A DNA stretch of 64,000 nt from Candidatus Poribacteria bacterium (GTDB lineage Bacteria; Poribacteria; WGA-4E; WGA-3G): the NCBI GenBank assembly GCA_965214095.1, contig OZ243938.1, positions 1,408,001 through 1,472,000 on the forward strand, given 5' to 3'. Position numbers and translations under genes: made by a program. Positions 40,615 to 50,670 of this stretch are shown here, piece by piece (the first letter of the stretch is position 1; the number at the start of each line of letters is the position of its first letter). Under the pieces are notes generated by a model. The model was given only the letters and a program-made list of their open reading frames with translations. It had not been told where the DNA came from and ran no database searches.

Positions 40615-43395
40615 ATGTTTGATTTCCGATCTCCACTCTTCTTAATTCTACTTGCTGCAATACCAATTCTACTCTATATTCAGTTACGCACAAGCGTTAT
40701 CACAGCGAAGTGGCGAAAACGCACTACATTCTTCCTAAGAGCTGCTGCACTACTATGCATTATCCTTGCCTTAGCAAATCTTCAGCGAACTGATCGCGAA
40801 CAACGTCTTGCAGTAGCATTCCTGATTGATACATCTGACAGCATTGACCCATCCCAACAAGAAATCACCATCAACCAGATAAATTCCGCTATAACAGAGT
40901 TGAAACCGACTGACCAATTTGCAGTAATCAGTTATGCTAAAGAACCATCCATTGTAATTGGAATGGGAGCAGTAGATCAACAGATATCACTCACATCAAG
41001 TCTCCTGGAATCGTCTGCTGATACGGATGGCACTGATATTCTCACCGTTCTCAAACGTTCACTTGAACTGTTGCCGGACAATTATCACCGTCGGATTGTC
41101 CTATTTAGCGATGGGATCAATAATGCCGGTAATACCTCTATCAAAGATTACTTGCCGTTGTTTAAATCAAGTGACGTGGAAATAATGTCTGTTCCTCTAC
41201 AAACAGTTCACGATACAATCAGAGTTCAAGAACTTCAATTGCCAAACAAGGTTCGGAAAGGACAGCAATTCCCGATACAAGCAATCGTTGAAACGGAGGG
41301 TAGTATTCCGACTGTATCCGCAACACTATACCACAACGGTGTGCCATTTCCTGATACTGAATTCACATTGCAAAAAGGGAAAAATGTACTGTCTCTACCT
41401 TCTCAAACACTATTGGAAGATCGTCCACACACTTTTCACTTTAAATTGAACATCAGCGATGAGATACTTGAAAATAATCAAGCTTATGGTGTGGTACAGA
41501 TTCAGGACAAACCGAATGTTCTATATGTAGAAGGTGATTTAGAATATGCAGATAATCTAAAGAAGGTACTTGAAGAGAACGGTTTTGTGGTCAACGTTAT
41601 CCCTGCTGCTGAAATACCCACAGAATTGGTATTGCTTCAACAGAACGATGTTCTAATACTGAGCAATGTTTCTGTAGACGCACTTTCATCGGAACAAATG
41701 GATGTTATTGAAGATTATGTGCGTGACCTTGGACACGGGTTAGTGGCTATCGGCGGTGACCATGCATTCGGTGCTGGGGGTTGGACAGATACTGCATTAG
41801 AACGGGTTCTTCCTGCAGAAATGACACCGCGTGAACGTCAAGAGTCCGTAGCACTTGTGTTTGTCATTGATACATCGGGTAGCATGGCAAACTCCGTCGG
41901 TTCACAGCAAAAGATTGAACTTGCCATTGAGGCGATACGCGCAGGTATTCAGAATCTGGAAAATGAGGATCAGGCAGCAATTCTCGGTTTTGATGTCAAT
42001 CAACGAGATATTTCTCCACTCACATCAGACCATGACGCGTTGATACGTGCAGTGGGTAGATTAAAACCGACAGGTGGCACAACTGCGATGGATGCGGCAG
42101 TTGAAACAGCAGGAAAAATGCTCAAAACTGCTGAGGCAAAACTAAAACATATTATACTATTATCAGATGTAAAGTCAGCTGGAGATCCTACACAATTTAT
42201 GGAAACTGCTCAGGAGATTGTTGATGCACGGATCGGTATCACCGTCATTGGCATTGGGGATGCGGACAAACAGCTGCTACAGAAAATTGAGGATGATGGC
42301 ATAGGACAATCAGTGCATGTTAAGGATGTACGCGAATTGCCAGATGTGTTGATGGATGCTGTCCGAGAAACGCAGAGTTATATTGTTCAGGAACCGTTTG
42401 TACCAAGTATCCTTAACCAAAATGTTCCAATATTAAAAGGTATTACAAGTTTACCGCTACTGAAAGGTTACGTTGCGACAGCAGAGAAAACCGCTGCACA
42501 AGTCATTGTCAAATCACATAAAGATGAACCTGTGCTTGCAGTTTGGAACTACGGATTAGGGAAATCGGTTGCATGGACATCAGATGTTAAACCCGCTTGG
42601 AGTGCGGATTGGATTAAATGGGAAAACTATGGCAAGTTTTGGGGACAAGTTGTCAATTGGACTTTGCCAACTGAAGACGCAGATGCTAACTTTGATCTGG
42701 TTGTTTCATCAACGAATGGCAGCGGGAATATAGTCATTGATACACAATATTCGTCTCCTGCAACTTTTGTGGTGCAGGTTGCGGGTCCGAATGGAACAAG
42801 TCAATCTGTCAAAATGGAACAGGAAAGTTCTACACGATACACTGGCACCTTTCAGATGAGCGACAGTGGATCTTATATTGTCACAGCAAAACGTGAGGAC
42901 GATGGAAGCAGACAGACAGAAACGATCTCGCTTTCCTATCCTGCAGAGTACGCGGGTTTTGATGTTAACTCAGCATTGCTCAAACAACTTGCTGAGGATA
43001 CGGGTGGTATCTATGAACCGACTGCTACACAGATCGTTGCACCTGCAGGAGTTCCTATTGAGCAACGCGTGTCACTATCAACCATGTTGTTGATTATTGC
43101 GGTAGTGCTGTTTGTATTAGAGATGATTCTCCGGCGTTTCAGCATAATGAGTGGTTATTTTTCTGAACTTCGTACACAATTACGCGGGCAATCTGAGTCT
43201 GTGATACCTGATACTCTAACACGACTTACACAGAAGAAAGGAGAAGTACCTTCAGTATCTGTTAGTGGTGTCTATTCAACGGTGGAAGATGCATCTATAC
43301 GGGAACGGACAACTTCAGAAACACCCCCTCAAGAACAAGTAGAGGGGACGGTGTCGCGTTTGTTGGCTGCGAAGAGAAGGTCGCAATCCATGTGA
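40615..43395 (+). CDS. VWA / glutamine amidotransferase-like domain membrane protein
   Basis: Two DxSxS MIDAS motifs (DTSDS, DTSGS), a GATase1-like segment, and N- and C-terminal TM helices. Confidence 0.85.
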   Translation: MFDFRSPLFLILLAAIPILLYIQLRTSVITAKWRKRTTFFLRAAALLCIILALANLQRTDREQRLAVAFLIDTSDSIDPSQQEITINQINSAITELKPTDQFAVISYAKEPSIVIGMGAVDQQISLTSSLLESSADTDGTDILTVLKRSLELLPDNYHRRIVLFSDGINNAGNTSIKDYLPLFKSSDVEIMSVPLQTVHDTIRVQELQLPNKVRKGQQFPIQAIVETEGSIPTVSATLYHNGVPFPDTEFTLQKGKNVLSLPSQTLLEDRPHTFHFKLNISDEILENNQAYGVVQIQDKPNVLYVEGDLEYADNLKKVLEENGFVVNVIPAAEIPTELVLLQQNDVLILSNVSVDALSSEQMDVIEDYVRDLGHGLVAIGGDHAFGAGGWTDTALERVLPAEMTPRERQESVALVFVIDTSGSMANSVGSQQKIELAIEAIRAGIQNLENEDQAAILGFDVNQRDISPLTSDHDALIRAVGRLKPTGGTTAMDAAVETAGKMLKTAEAKLKHIILLSDVKSAGDPTQFMETAQEIVDARIGITVIGIGDADKQLLQKIEDDGIGQSVHVKDVRELPDVLMDAVRETQSYIVQEPFVPSILNQNVPILKGITSLPLLKGYVATAEKTAAQVIVKSHKDEPVLAVWNYGLGKSVAWTSDVKPAWSADWIKWENYGKFWGQVVNWTLPTEDADANFDLVVSSTNGSGNIVIDTQYSSPATFVVQVAGPNGTSQSVKMEQESSTRYTGTFQMSDSGSYIVTAKREDDGSRQTETISLSYPAEYAGFDVNSALLKQLAEDTGGIYEPTATQIVAPAGVPIEQRVSLSTMLLIIAVVLFVLEMILRRFSIMSGYFSELRTQLRGQSESVIPDTLTRLTQKKGEVPSVSVSGVYSTVEDASIRERTTSETPPQEQVEGTVSRLLAAKRRSQSM

Positions 43396-43412
43396 ATCAG
43401 GTAAAATATCTC

Positions 43413-43871
43413 TTGTCTGAACCAGGATTTCCAGGTTTATGTATCTGAAGTTTCAAGCTGCTCATCTAAAGATAGACATAGGTGTCAACTTAGTGGAAAA
43501 TTACGTTCAAATAACTCGGTATTCGTAGGCGCACTTTGTAAGCGCGCTGAATCATAGAAACATTACTGTCAATTATACACGCCACTGTAGGAGCGATCTC
43601 CGAATCTCGATTTAACTCAGTCACAGTCGGGAATCGAAGTTTACTTCTACATATCCAAAATGTCTAATTTATTCAAGAATCTGCCATATATAAGTTAGAG
43701 CGATAGCTCCAGCGGGGCGGAATGTGTATAGAAGCGTCGTCCAACCTAACGGATTTCACACTACGGTAGGTTCGGTTTCCTAACCGAACCGCTGTTTGTT
43801 CAGTCGCATAGATGCGGTTCGGAAACCACATCTACCAGAGAGTGTGCACATATTTTTACATTTCACCATAA
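43413..43871. repeat. Intergenic mosaic of several REP/MITE families
   Basis: 43413 TTGTCTGAACCAGGATTT; 43477 IS4-type end CATAGGTGTCAACTTAG; 43587/43650 inverted GTAG pair; 43757-43871 partial 140-bp element. Confidence 0.7.
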
Positions 43872-43899
43872 AATCTTATAGGTAGCAACTTGAGTTAAA

Positions 43900-43935
43900 T
43901 AGTAAAGGACAGTGTTTTGACACTGTCCTTTACTA
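43900..43935. terminator. Bidirectional terminator hairpin
   Basis: 16-bp perfect stem TAGTAAAGGACAGTGT/ACACTGTCCTTTACTA between convergent genes. Confidence 0.75.
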
Positions 43936-43963
43936 ATTTAGTTGTTACAAATCTATGGTGTTA

Positions 43964-45225
43964 TTATTTTGCACCTTTTAGTTTGCCCCAAGTGGTTACA
44001 AGTTTTCCACCGGCTTCAACAGCAGTGCCAACGTCAGAAGCAGCGGGTCTATATGCGGTTTCTACATCTGCACCTATACCCGCATACATGCCCCATCCAC
44101 CACCACGTTCACTAATTTTGATCATTAACAGATTATCTCCTTTATTCAAGCTCACTTTGAACTTATCTTGGAAACTTGCTCGTCCGCCACGACCACGGTT
44201 TGTAGCGTTGGTATGAACGACTTCACCGTTGAGCCAGACCTTGACCGAGTCATCACTGCTGACACCTATCACAACATCTTCCATCGCTTCTTCAGCGACA
44301 AGTGTAATGAGTGCATAAGAGGAGATGTCGTTAATTGCATTATCATCACCCCGCGGAAACCCTTCAAGGTATTAACAAGCGTATTAATGTTCCCATCCTC
44401 AGGAAGCTCAGCAAGTGTCCAGTCGTAATCACCGACGCTGTTGCCTTCAGTTGCGCCATTCTCAGCAACCATTGCTTCGGTAACAGCATCATTACTGGCA
44501 GCTGCGAGGGAGTCAATGTCTGTAGAAGCTTGTCCACCTTGGTCTGCTTCGGTATGGGCAACCATCCAGAGCCATTCGCCTGTGATGTGTTCAACTGGCG
44601 GTCTATAGGCATAGGTGACATCAGCGTCAATACCAGCAAACATACCCCATCCACCGCCGCGTTCACTTACCTTAATCATTAGCAAGTTATCGCCAGCGTT
44701 AAGGTTTACTTGAACTGTATCTTGGTAACTACCAGCAGCACCACGTCCACGGTTTGTAGCGTTGGTGTGAACGACTGTCCCGTTAAGCCAAACTTTTATA
44801 GAATCGTCACTACTGACTCCCAAAGTTACATCGTTCTGTGCTTCTGCTGATACCAGCGTTATGAGTGCGTAAGACGAAATGTCGTTAATTGCATTATCAT
44901 CACCCCGCGGAAATCCTTCAAGTTCATTGACAAGCGTATTAATGTTCCCATCATCAGGAAGCACTGCGAGCGTCCATGCATAATCACCGACCATTGAACC
45001 TACCTTTGCACCATTTGTTGCTACCATTGCTTCAGTGACAGCATCTTCACTTGCCACTGCAAGTGAATCAATATCGGTAGAATTTTGCCCACCTTGGTCT
45101 GCTTCGGTGTGGGCAACCATCCAAAGCCATTCACCTGTTATTGCCTCTTGTGCATCAGCAATATATGGAATTACTGAAAGAACCATTAGACATGCTAATC
45201 CGAATAAACATACTTTCTTGTACAT
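43964..45225 (-). pseudogene. Secreted two-repeat PA14-like protein with C-terminal TWG tail, split by a 1-nt frameshift near 44370
   Basis: Repeat 1 reads NELEGFPRGDDNAINDISSY. In repeat 2 the same DNA is out of frame after AAT-AC-CTT-GAA and continues into ORF 43964..44284. Confidence 0.8.
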
Positions 45226-45376
45226 TAAGTACCTCCATTAATCATTAATTATTCAACAATATGAACTGAAATTTTATATACCATTTATCCATTAACAAAT
45301 ACTTATACTATATCGTAAGTAGAAACGATAAATTTCAAATAAGTTTAACAGAAAACATTAATTTAATCAATAAGAA

Positions 45377-46072
45377 TTACCTAAAATTCTTAATTTGTGC
45401 CCATTGGGTAGTTAATTTATCGGCAGGTTCAACTGGGAAAACACCACCTACATCAGATACATCATAGTCACCACCAACACCGAAGTGCATACCCCATCCA
45501 CCGCCACGTTCGCTAACCTTTATCATAAGGAGGTTACTTCCTTTTTTTAGGTCAACATTTAGATTATCTTGAAAGGTTCCTGCATCACCGCGTCCACGGT
45601 TCGTTGCATTGGTATGAACGACTTCACCGTTGAGCCAGACCTTGACAGAATCGTCACTGCTGACACCCATTGCTACACTATTTTGTGCTTTGTTGGTACT
45701 AAGAATTAATAGGGCATAAGATGTAATATCATTAATTGCATTATCATCACCCCGCGGAAAACCGTCAAAACTATTGACAAGTGTATTAATGTTCCCATCA
45801 TTAGCAAGTGTACCAGATGTCCACGCATAATCACCAACTATATCACCTTCTCTTGCACCGTTTTTAGCGATTTTCTCTTCAGTGACTTTGCCGTCGCTGA
45901 CTTCACTAAGTGAATCAATATTAGTAGAATTCTGCCCACCTTGGTTCGCAGCAGTTTTAGCTACCATCCAAAGATACGGTCCAAGAATTTTTTGCTGCGC
46001 ATCAGCAGCTAATGTCATAAGGGAAAGGCTCATGATACAAACCAATCCTATGACAAATAATTTTTTGAACAT
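45377..46072 (-). CDS. Secreted single-repeat PA14-like protein, paralog of the neighbour
   Basis: Signal peptide; GVSSDDSVKVWLNG; ends VEPADKLTTQWAQIK. Confidence 0.8.
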   Translation of the reverse strand: MFKKLFVIGLVCIMSLSLMTLAADAQQKILGPYLWMVAKTAANQGGQNSTNIDSLSEVSDGKVTEEKIAKNGAREGDIVGDYAWTSGTLANDGNINTLVNSFDGFPRGDDNAINDITSYALLILSTNKAQNSVAMGVSSDDSVKVWLNGEVVHTNATNRGRGDAGTFQDNLNVDLKKGSNLLMIKVSERGGGWGMHFGVGGDYDVSDVGGVFPVEPADKLTTQWAQIKNFR

Positions 46073-46172
46073 AATATATACTCCTTATATTTAATCAAAA
46101 TAGTGAGAAATTTATAATTTCTCTTACCTATAGTAGCAAATTGTCAAAAAAAGTCAAGACATTCTTTGCAAG

Positions 46173-46481
46173 TTATTTATTCTGCCCCAACTGTTCCTGA
46201 ACACTAACAATCTTATCTTCCATCGTTTGTGCTCTATCCATCCGAGTGCCGAACTTGAGGGTTGTTGTAATGCGAGGTGCTCCCATTTCATGCACCACTT
46301 CATGACACTGTTTTATCGCATCAAACACGGCATCCCATTCACCTTCAATATTAGTGCCGTAAGCGTGAAGTTTCGTCTTTAATCCTGCCTCTTTCAATAC
46401 TTTTTCACACGCTGTGACGTATTTTGAGACAGACACACCGACTCCCATAGGAACAACACATAAATCGGCAATAACTTTCAT
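46173..46481 (-). CDS. MTH1187/YkoF family thiamine-binding protein
   Basis: SVSKYV, HAYGTNIEGEWD and GAPRI. Confidence 0.88.
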   Translation of the reverse strand: MKVIADLCVVPMGVGVSVSKYVTACEKVLKEAGLKTKLHAYGTNIEGEWDAVFDAIKQCHEVVHEMGAPRITTTLKFGTRMDRAQTMEDKIVSVQEQLGQNK

Positions 46482-46490
46482 GTGGTTTCC

Positions 46491-47429
46491 TTAATTGTCA
46501 CGCAATTTTTTGATTATTGCTTTGGGTAGCGGTGCAGACCCGGATGTAGCGACACCGTCATCAACTTGGGCAGGTGTCATCATTCCTGGTGTAACACAAC
46601 AAACTGCGCGATGTGCCAAAATGAATTTGAGTGCAGCTTGTGGTAGACTTTTCGCTTTTCCTCGGACAACTGATTTTATCTGTTCAACTCTCTCTAAATC
46701 TGCAAGGAACTTTTCACGGGGCCATGTCTTCCGATAATCGTTATCAGCAAATAAGGTATCCACATTGAGTTTACCAGACAGCAACCCTGATGACAAAGGC
46801 TGGCGAACAGTTACGGCAATACCTTTTGCTGCGGCTGTTTCCATCACAGGTTTTGCCATCCCTTGATTTAGGATGTTGTAGGTGAGCATGAGCGATGAAA
46901 TACCTGTTTCTTCAATTGCTTTGAGTGCTTGCGCTTCGTTTCCAAGACACAATCCATAGAAGCGGATTTTTCCTTCAGACTTGAGTTCAGCCATTGTGCC
47001 AAATGCTTCATCCCATATCTCTTCAGGTGGAGGGGCATGAAATTGATAGATGTCTAATACATCTCTTTTCAATCGTGTGAGACTTCCCTCAACAGATTGA
47101 CGAATATATTCACGCGAAGCATTGAATGCAGGCACCTTGCCACCTTGACTTATCCACCCATCGGAGTCCAATTCATATCCGAGTTTCGTTGCAATGACAA
47201 CCCTATTACCGAGTGCTGAAAACGCGTTACCTAAAAGTTTTTCAGCGCGTCCACCCCCGTATTGGTCAGCGGTATCGTAATAGGTGACACCTTTTTCAAA
47301 AGCGTATCGTAGGAGATCCACGGCTTCCTTTTCACCGATGTCTCCCCATTCGCGTCCTCCGAGTTCCCAGGTTCCCATACCGATCTCGGAGACGGTCAAA
47401 CCCGTTTTACCAAACTTACGCTGTCGCAT
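46491..47429 (-). CDS. Aldo/keto reductase
   Basis: VSEIGMGTW, DTADQYG, IATK and EGSLTRL. Confidence 0.92.
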   Translation of the reverse strand: MRQRKFGKTGLTVSEIGMGTWELGGREWGDIGEKEAVDLLRYAFEKGVTYYDTADQYGGGRAEKLLGNAFSALGNRVVIATKLGYELDSDGWISQGGKVPAFNASREYIRQSVEGSLTRLKRDVLDIYQFHAPPPEEIWDEAFGTMAELKSEGKIRFYGLCLGNEAQALKAIEETGISSLMLTYNILNQGMAKPVMETAAAKGIAVTVRQPLSSGLLSGKLNVDTLFADNDYRKTWPREKFLADLERVEQIKSVVRGKAKSLPQAALKFILAHRAVCCVTPGMMTPAQVDDGVATSGSAPLPKAIIKKLRDN

Positions 47430-47553
47430 ATTGTCCCTCCAGATGGTCTTATGAGAATTTTATATGTTCTTTGTTTTTTTGTCAACAATTTCTTTTTAGT
47501 GATTACGCGACTACAAGCATGAATGTCCGAGGCGCAATGAATTGGGCGGATTC

Positions 47554-47775
47554 TTGTTTGAACCAGGTTTTTCAGGATTGACAAGACAAGAGTTTGAAAC
47601 ATCAAAGTGCCATCCAGAGAATAAACGTTAAACTGGGAATAGGAACTTTGCAGAGCCAAACTCATAATCCTGAAAATCTACTAATCCTGAAAATCCTGGT
47701 TCAGACAAATAGCAATACAAATCCATAATTAAGTTAACGTTTGGGAATAATATTGAACAAAAATCCTAAAACTAA
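47554..47775. repeat. AATCCTGAAAATCCTGGTTCAGACAA family repeat
   Basis: Inverted pair at 47554-47579 and 47683-47708; block 47646-47775 recurs at 53631-53760. Confidence 0.75.
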
Positions 47776-47896
47776 TGGTTTATCTACTTTTATTTTAAGG
47801 GTAATATGATCGTAGGGGCGAGGTCATGAAGATTAATTTATTAAACGGGTAATACTCATTTACCCAAACCCGGTAGGTGCGGTTTCCTAACCGCAC

Positions 47897-49384
47897 CATA
47901 GGCGTCAATTTAAGGATGCACCAAGACCGATAAGTGTCAACTTTTAATCAGAGGAAGTATAAATTATGAAATAAAACTTCTGTAAAAATGAAAACACCTC
48001 ATATATAATGTAGATATAGATTTATTATGGTCTACAAAGAGGTGTTTCCTAATGAATACATTATCACAAGTTCCCAAAGAAATGCAACATATTCTTACAA
48101 CTATAGCCAATGATGCAGCTCTCAATACAGGTTTTGTCAAAAGAAGTTGTAAACTCAACGGTAGTCGTTTTGCTCAAATACTCATTTGGACTTGGTTAGA
48201 AAACCCAGATGCCACCTATACACAACTTGCGCAAACCGCTGGTGTGCTGGGGATTTCAATCTCACGACAAGCCATTGAACAACGATTTACATCTGAAGCA
48301 GCAGAGACCCTGAAAGTTATCCTTGATGCTACTGCGTCCAAGGTTATTTCTGCCGACCCGCAAACGCTTCCGCTCCTTGAAAAGTTCACTGGTGTCTATT
48401 TACAAGATAGTTCTTGGATTACACTCCCTGATGTGCTCCACGAAACTTGGGAAGGTGGAAGCAAAAAGAATAAACCGAACACAGCTGCCGTGAAACTCCA
48501 CCTGCGTTTTGATAGTGCCACAGGCACTTTTGAACACTTTGAACTGACCAATGGTATCACCGCTGATAGTGCTATTGAAAAGCAGATTGACATGCTACCC
48601 GCCGGCAGTTTGCGCCTCGCAGACCTCGGCTATTATTCACTTGATACCTTCAAAAGACTTTCCGATGCAAACGTCTTTTGGATATCACGCTACAAAGTCC
48701 AGTGTTTTCTCTATGATGAAACAGGTGACCCTTTTTGTTTGCTAAAATGGCTCAAGAAGGGTTCTAATAACTTCAAGGACAAACAAATCTTTATAGGTAA
48801 AAACAAGCGTCTCAAAGCACGATTAGTTGTTCAAAGACTTTCAGAAACAGAAACCCAACAGCGTATTAAGGAGATAAAACATCGTGCAAAGCGGAAGTAT
48901 ACGAAACCTTCACCAAAACGACTTCAGCTCGCAAGATGGAATATCTACATTACTAATATAAAAGTAGACCATCTGACTGCTGAACAGATTTGTGCTGTCG
49001 CACGCATCCGATGGCAGGTTGAGTTGATGTTCAAGTGCTTCAAAAGCATTGGAAAAGTTGATACCTCCCGTAGCGACAAGCCATATAGAATCTTATGTGA
49101 GTTATATGCAAAACTCATCGTCGCAATTATGCGGCACTGGATCATGTTAAGGGTCGGTTGGCGATGTCTAAAACATAGTCTAACAAAAACAGCAGAACTT
49201 ATTAGCACCTTCGCACGCACACTTGCAATAGGTTTCCGCAAGTCTATAATGTCTTTTCGGCAAACTTTTGATGAAATAAAACACGCTTTCCAAAATGGGT
49301 GCTACATTGAGAGACGTGCTAATAGAGACACAACATTAGAACACCTTGAAAATGCAGCAAAAAATCACTAAATTGACGCTTATG
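47897..49384 (+). mobile_element. IS4-family insertion sequence, 1488 bp
   Basis: TIRs CATAGGCGTCAATTTA / TAAATTGACGCTTATG (15/16); 20-bp direct repeats at 47877-47896 and 49385-49404. Confidence 0.9.
48052..49371 (+). CDS. IS4-family DDE transposase
   Basis: LQDSS, ADLGY and RIRWQVELMFK (YREK-like, with Y replaced by A). Confidence 0.92.
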   Translation: MNTLSQVPKEMQHILTTIANDAALNTGFVKRSCKLNGSRFAQILIWTWLENPDATYTQLAQTAGVLGISISRQAIEQRFTSEAAETLKVILDATASKVISADPQTLPLLEKFTGVYLQDSSWITLPDVLHETWEGGSKKNKPNTAAVKLHLRFDSATGTFEHFELTNGITADSAIEKQIDMLPAGSLRLADLGYYSLDTFKRLSDANVFWISRYKVQCFLYDETGDPFCLLKWLKKGSNNFKDKQIFIGKNKRLKARLVVQRLSETETQQRIKEIKHRAKRKYTKPSPKRLQLARWNIYITNIKVDHLTAEQICAVARIRWQVELMFKCFKSIGKVDTSRSDKPYRILCELYAKLIVAIMRHWIMLRVGWRCLKHSLTKTAELISTFARTLAIGFRKSIMSFRQTFDEIKHAFQNGCYIERRANRDTTLEHLENAAKNH

Positions 49385-49538
49385 GTGCGGTTTCCTAACC
49401 GCACCGGACTTCTCAAGGAAATTACCCAATTTATTTCTTAATCCTCATCACCTCGCCCTCTTCCAAATTACATAACCGTAATTTTAGAATGGACACTCCA
49501 CTAAATATCCCTGCCATATACGATGCTCAACAATTAGA

Positions 49539-49567
49539 TTGACATGTTGAACGTGTTCTGATAGGAT
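49539..49567 (+). promoter_or_regulatory. Sigma70 promoter of rfbB
   Basis: TTGACA-17 nt-TAGGAT. Confidence 0.55.
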
Positions 49568-49625
49568 ATTGTTATGCAATTTAAGTGTTTTGGAAGATTA
49601 AATACGTTCGATTTTAGGGACAAGT

Positions 49626-50666
49626 ATGAAATTATTGGTCACGGGTGGAGCAGGATTTATCGGGACGAACTTTATTAGATACTGGCTCAAGGAGTATCCA
49701 AATGATGATATAGTGAACCTTGATTTGTTGACTTATGCGGGAAATCTCGCCAATCTGACAGATATTGTATTAGCTTATACAGATCGGTATGTGTTTGTGC
49801 ATGGTGATATTTGTGATGATACATTCGTATCGGAAGTAATGGAGACACATCAACCTGATGTGATTGTCAACTTCGCGGCGGAATCGCATAATAGTCGTGC
49901 TATATTGTACCCGCGTGTATTCTCAGAAACAAATGTGATGGGAACACAAGTATTATTAGATGCTGCCCGTCAATACGATGTGTCTCGGTTTCATCATATT
50001 TCTACATGTGAGGTATACGGTGAACTTCCCTTGCATTCATCTGATGCGTTTTCAGAAACAGCCGCTTACCGACCACAAACCCCTTACAACGCATCAAAAG
50101 CAGCTGCCGATCATCTCGTCAACGCATACTTCCACAGTTTCGGACTTCCGATTACTATCTCTAACTGTTCCAATAATTATGGACCTTATCAGCATCCGGA
50201 GAAACTGATCCCGCTTTTTACGACGAATGCCATCCAAGATTTGCCATTGACACTCTATCGGAGCAGTCATAACCGCAGAGAATGGTTGCATGTTGATGAC
50301 CACTGCAGTGCGATTGCATCGGTTATTCACAACGGTAAGCTTGGAGAGACCTATAATGTCGGTAGTGGCGTTGAGAAAAGTATAGAGGAAATAAGCGATT
50401 TTATATTGGATGTGTTGGATAAGCCGCAAGACTTGAAAACTTATGTTCCCGACAGACCTGGACACGATTGCCGTTATCTGTTGAATTCCCAAAAAATAGC
50501 ACGTGAACTCGGTTGGCAACCAACAATACCGTTTGAAGAAGGCATGCGAAAAACAATTGCGTGGTACGTTGAAAATCGTGAATGGTGGGAAAAAATCCGC
50601 AAAAAACCTGACACAGAAAACGTTAAAGAGGATAAATGGGAGAAGTTCTCACAGCAAAAGAGGTGA
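49626..50666 (+). CDS. rfbB: dTDP-glucose 4,6-dehydratase
   Basis: TGGAGFIG, LTYAGN, FAAESH, YNASK, NNYGPYQHPEKLIP and DRPGHD. Confidence 0.92.
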   Translation: MKLLVTGGAGFIGTNFIRYWLKEYPNDDIVNLDLLTYAGNLANLTDIVLAYTDRYVFVHGDICDDTFVSEVMETHQPDVIVNFAAESHNSRAILYPRVFSETNVMGTQVLLDAARQYDVSRFHHISTCEVYGELPLHSSDAFSETAAYRPQTPYNASKAAADHLVNAYFHSFGLPITISNCSNNYGPYQHPEKLIPLFTTNAIQDLPLTLYRSSHNRREWLHVDDHCSAIASVIHNGKLGETYNVGSGVEKSIEEISDFILDVLDKPQDLKTYVPDRPGHDCRYLLNSQKIARELGWQPTIPFEEGMRKTIAWYVENREWWEKIRKKPDTENVKEDKWEKFSQQKR

Positions 50667-50670
50667 AACG

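Larger units (their letters stand above)
47827..49447. mobile_element. Small MITE-like element (about 113 bp when empty) hosting the IS4 insertion
   Basis: 27-bp imperfect TIRs (20/27) flanked by TCA...TCA, splitting the hairpin GGGCGAGG-TCA-CCTCGCCC. Confidence 0.6.

Noticed and set aside
43964-46072. Diversity-generating retroelement template/variable repeat pair
   Set aside because: No reverse transcriptase is present, all copies are coding, and differences are not adenine-specific.
50503-50670. Long N-terminal extension of the PhyH ORF
   Set aside because: It overlaps rfbB, and a good RBS precedes the ATG at 50671.
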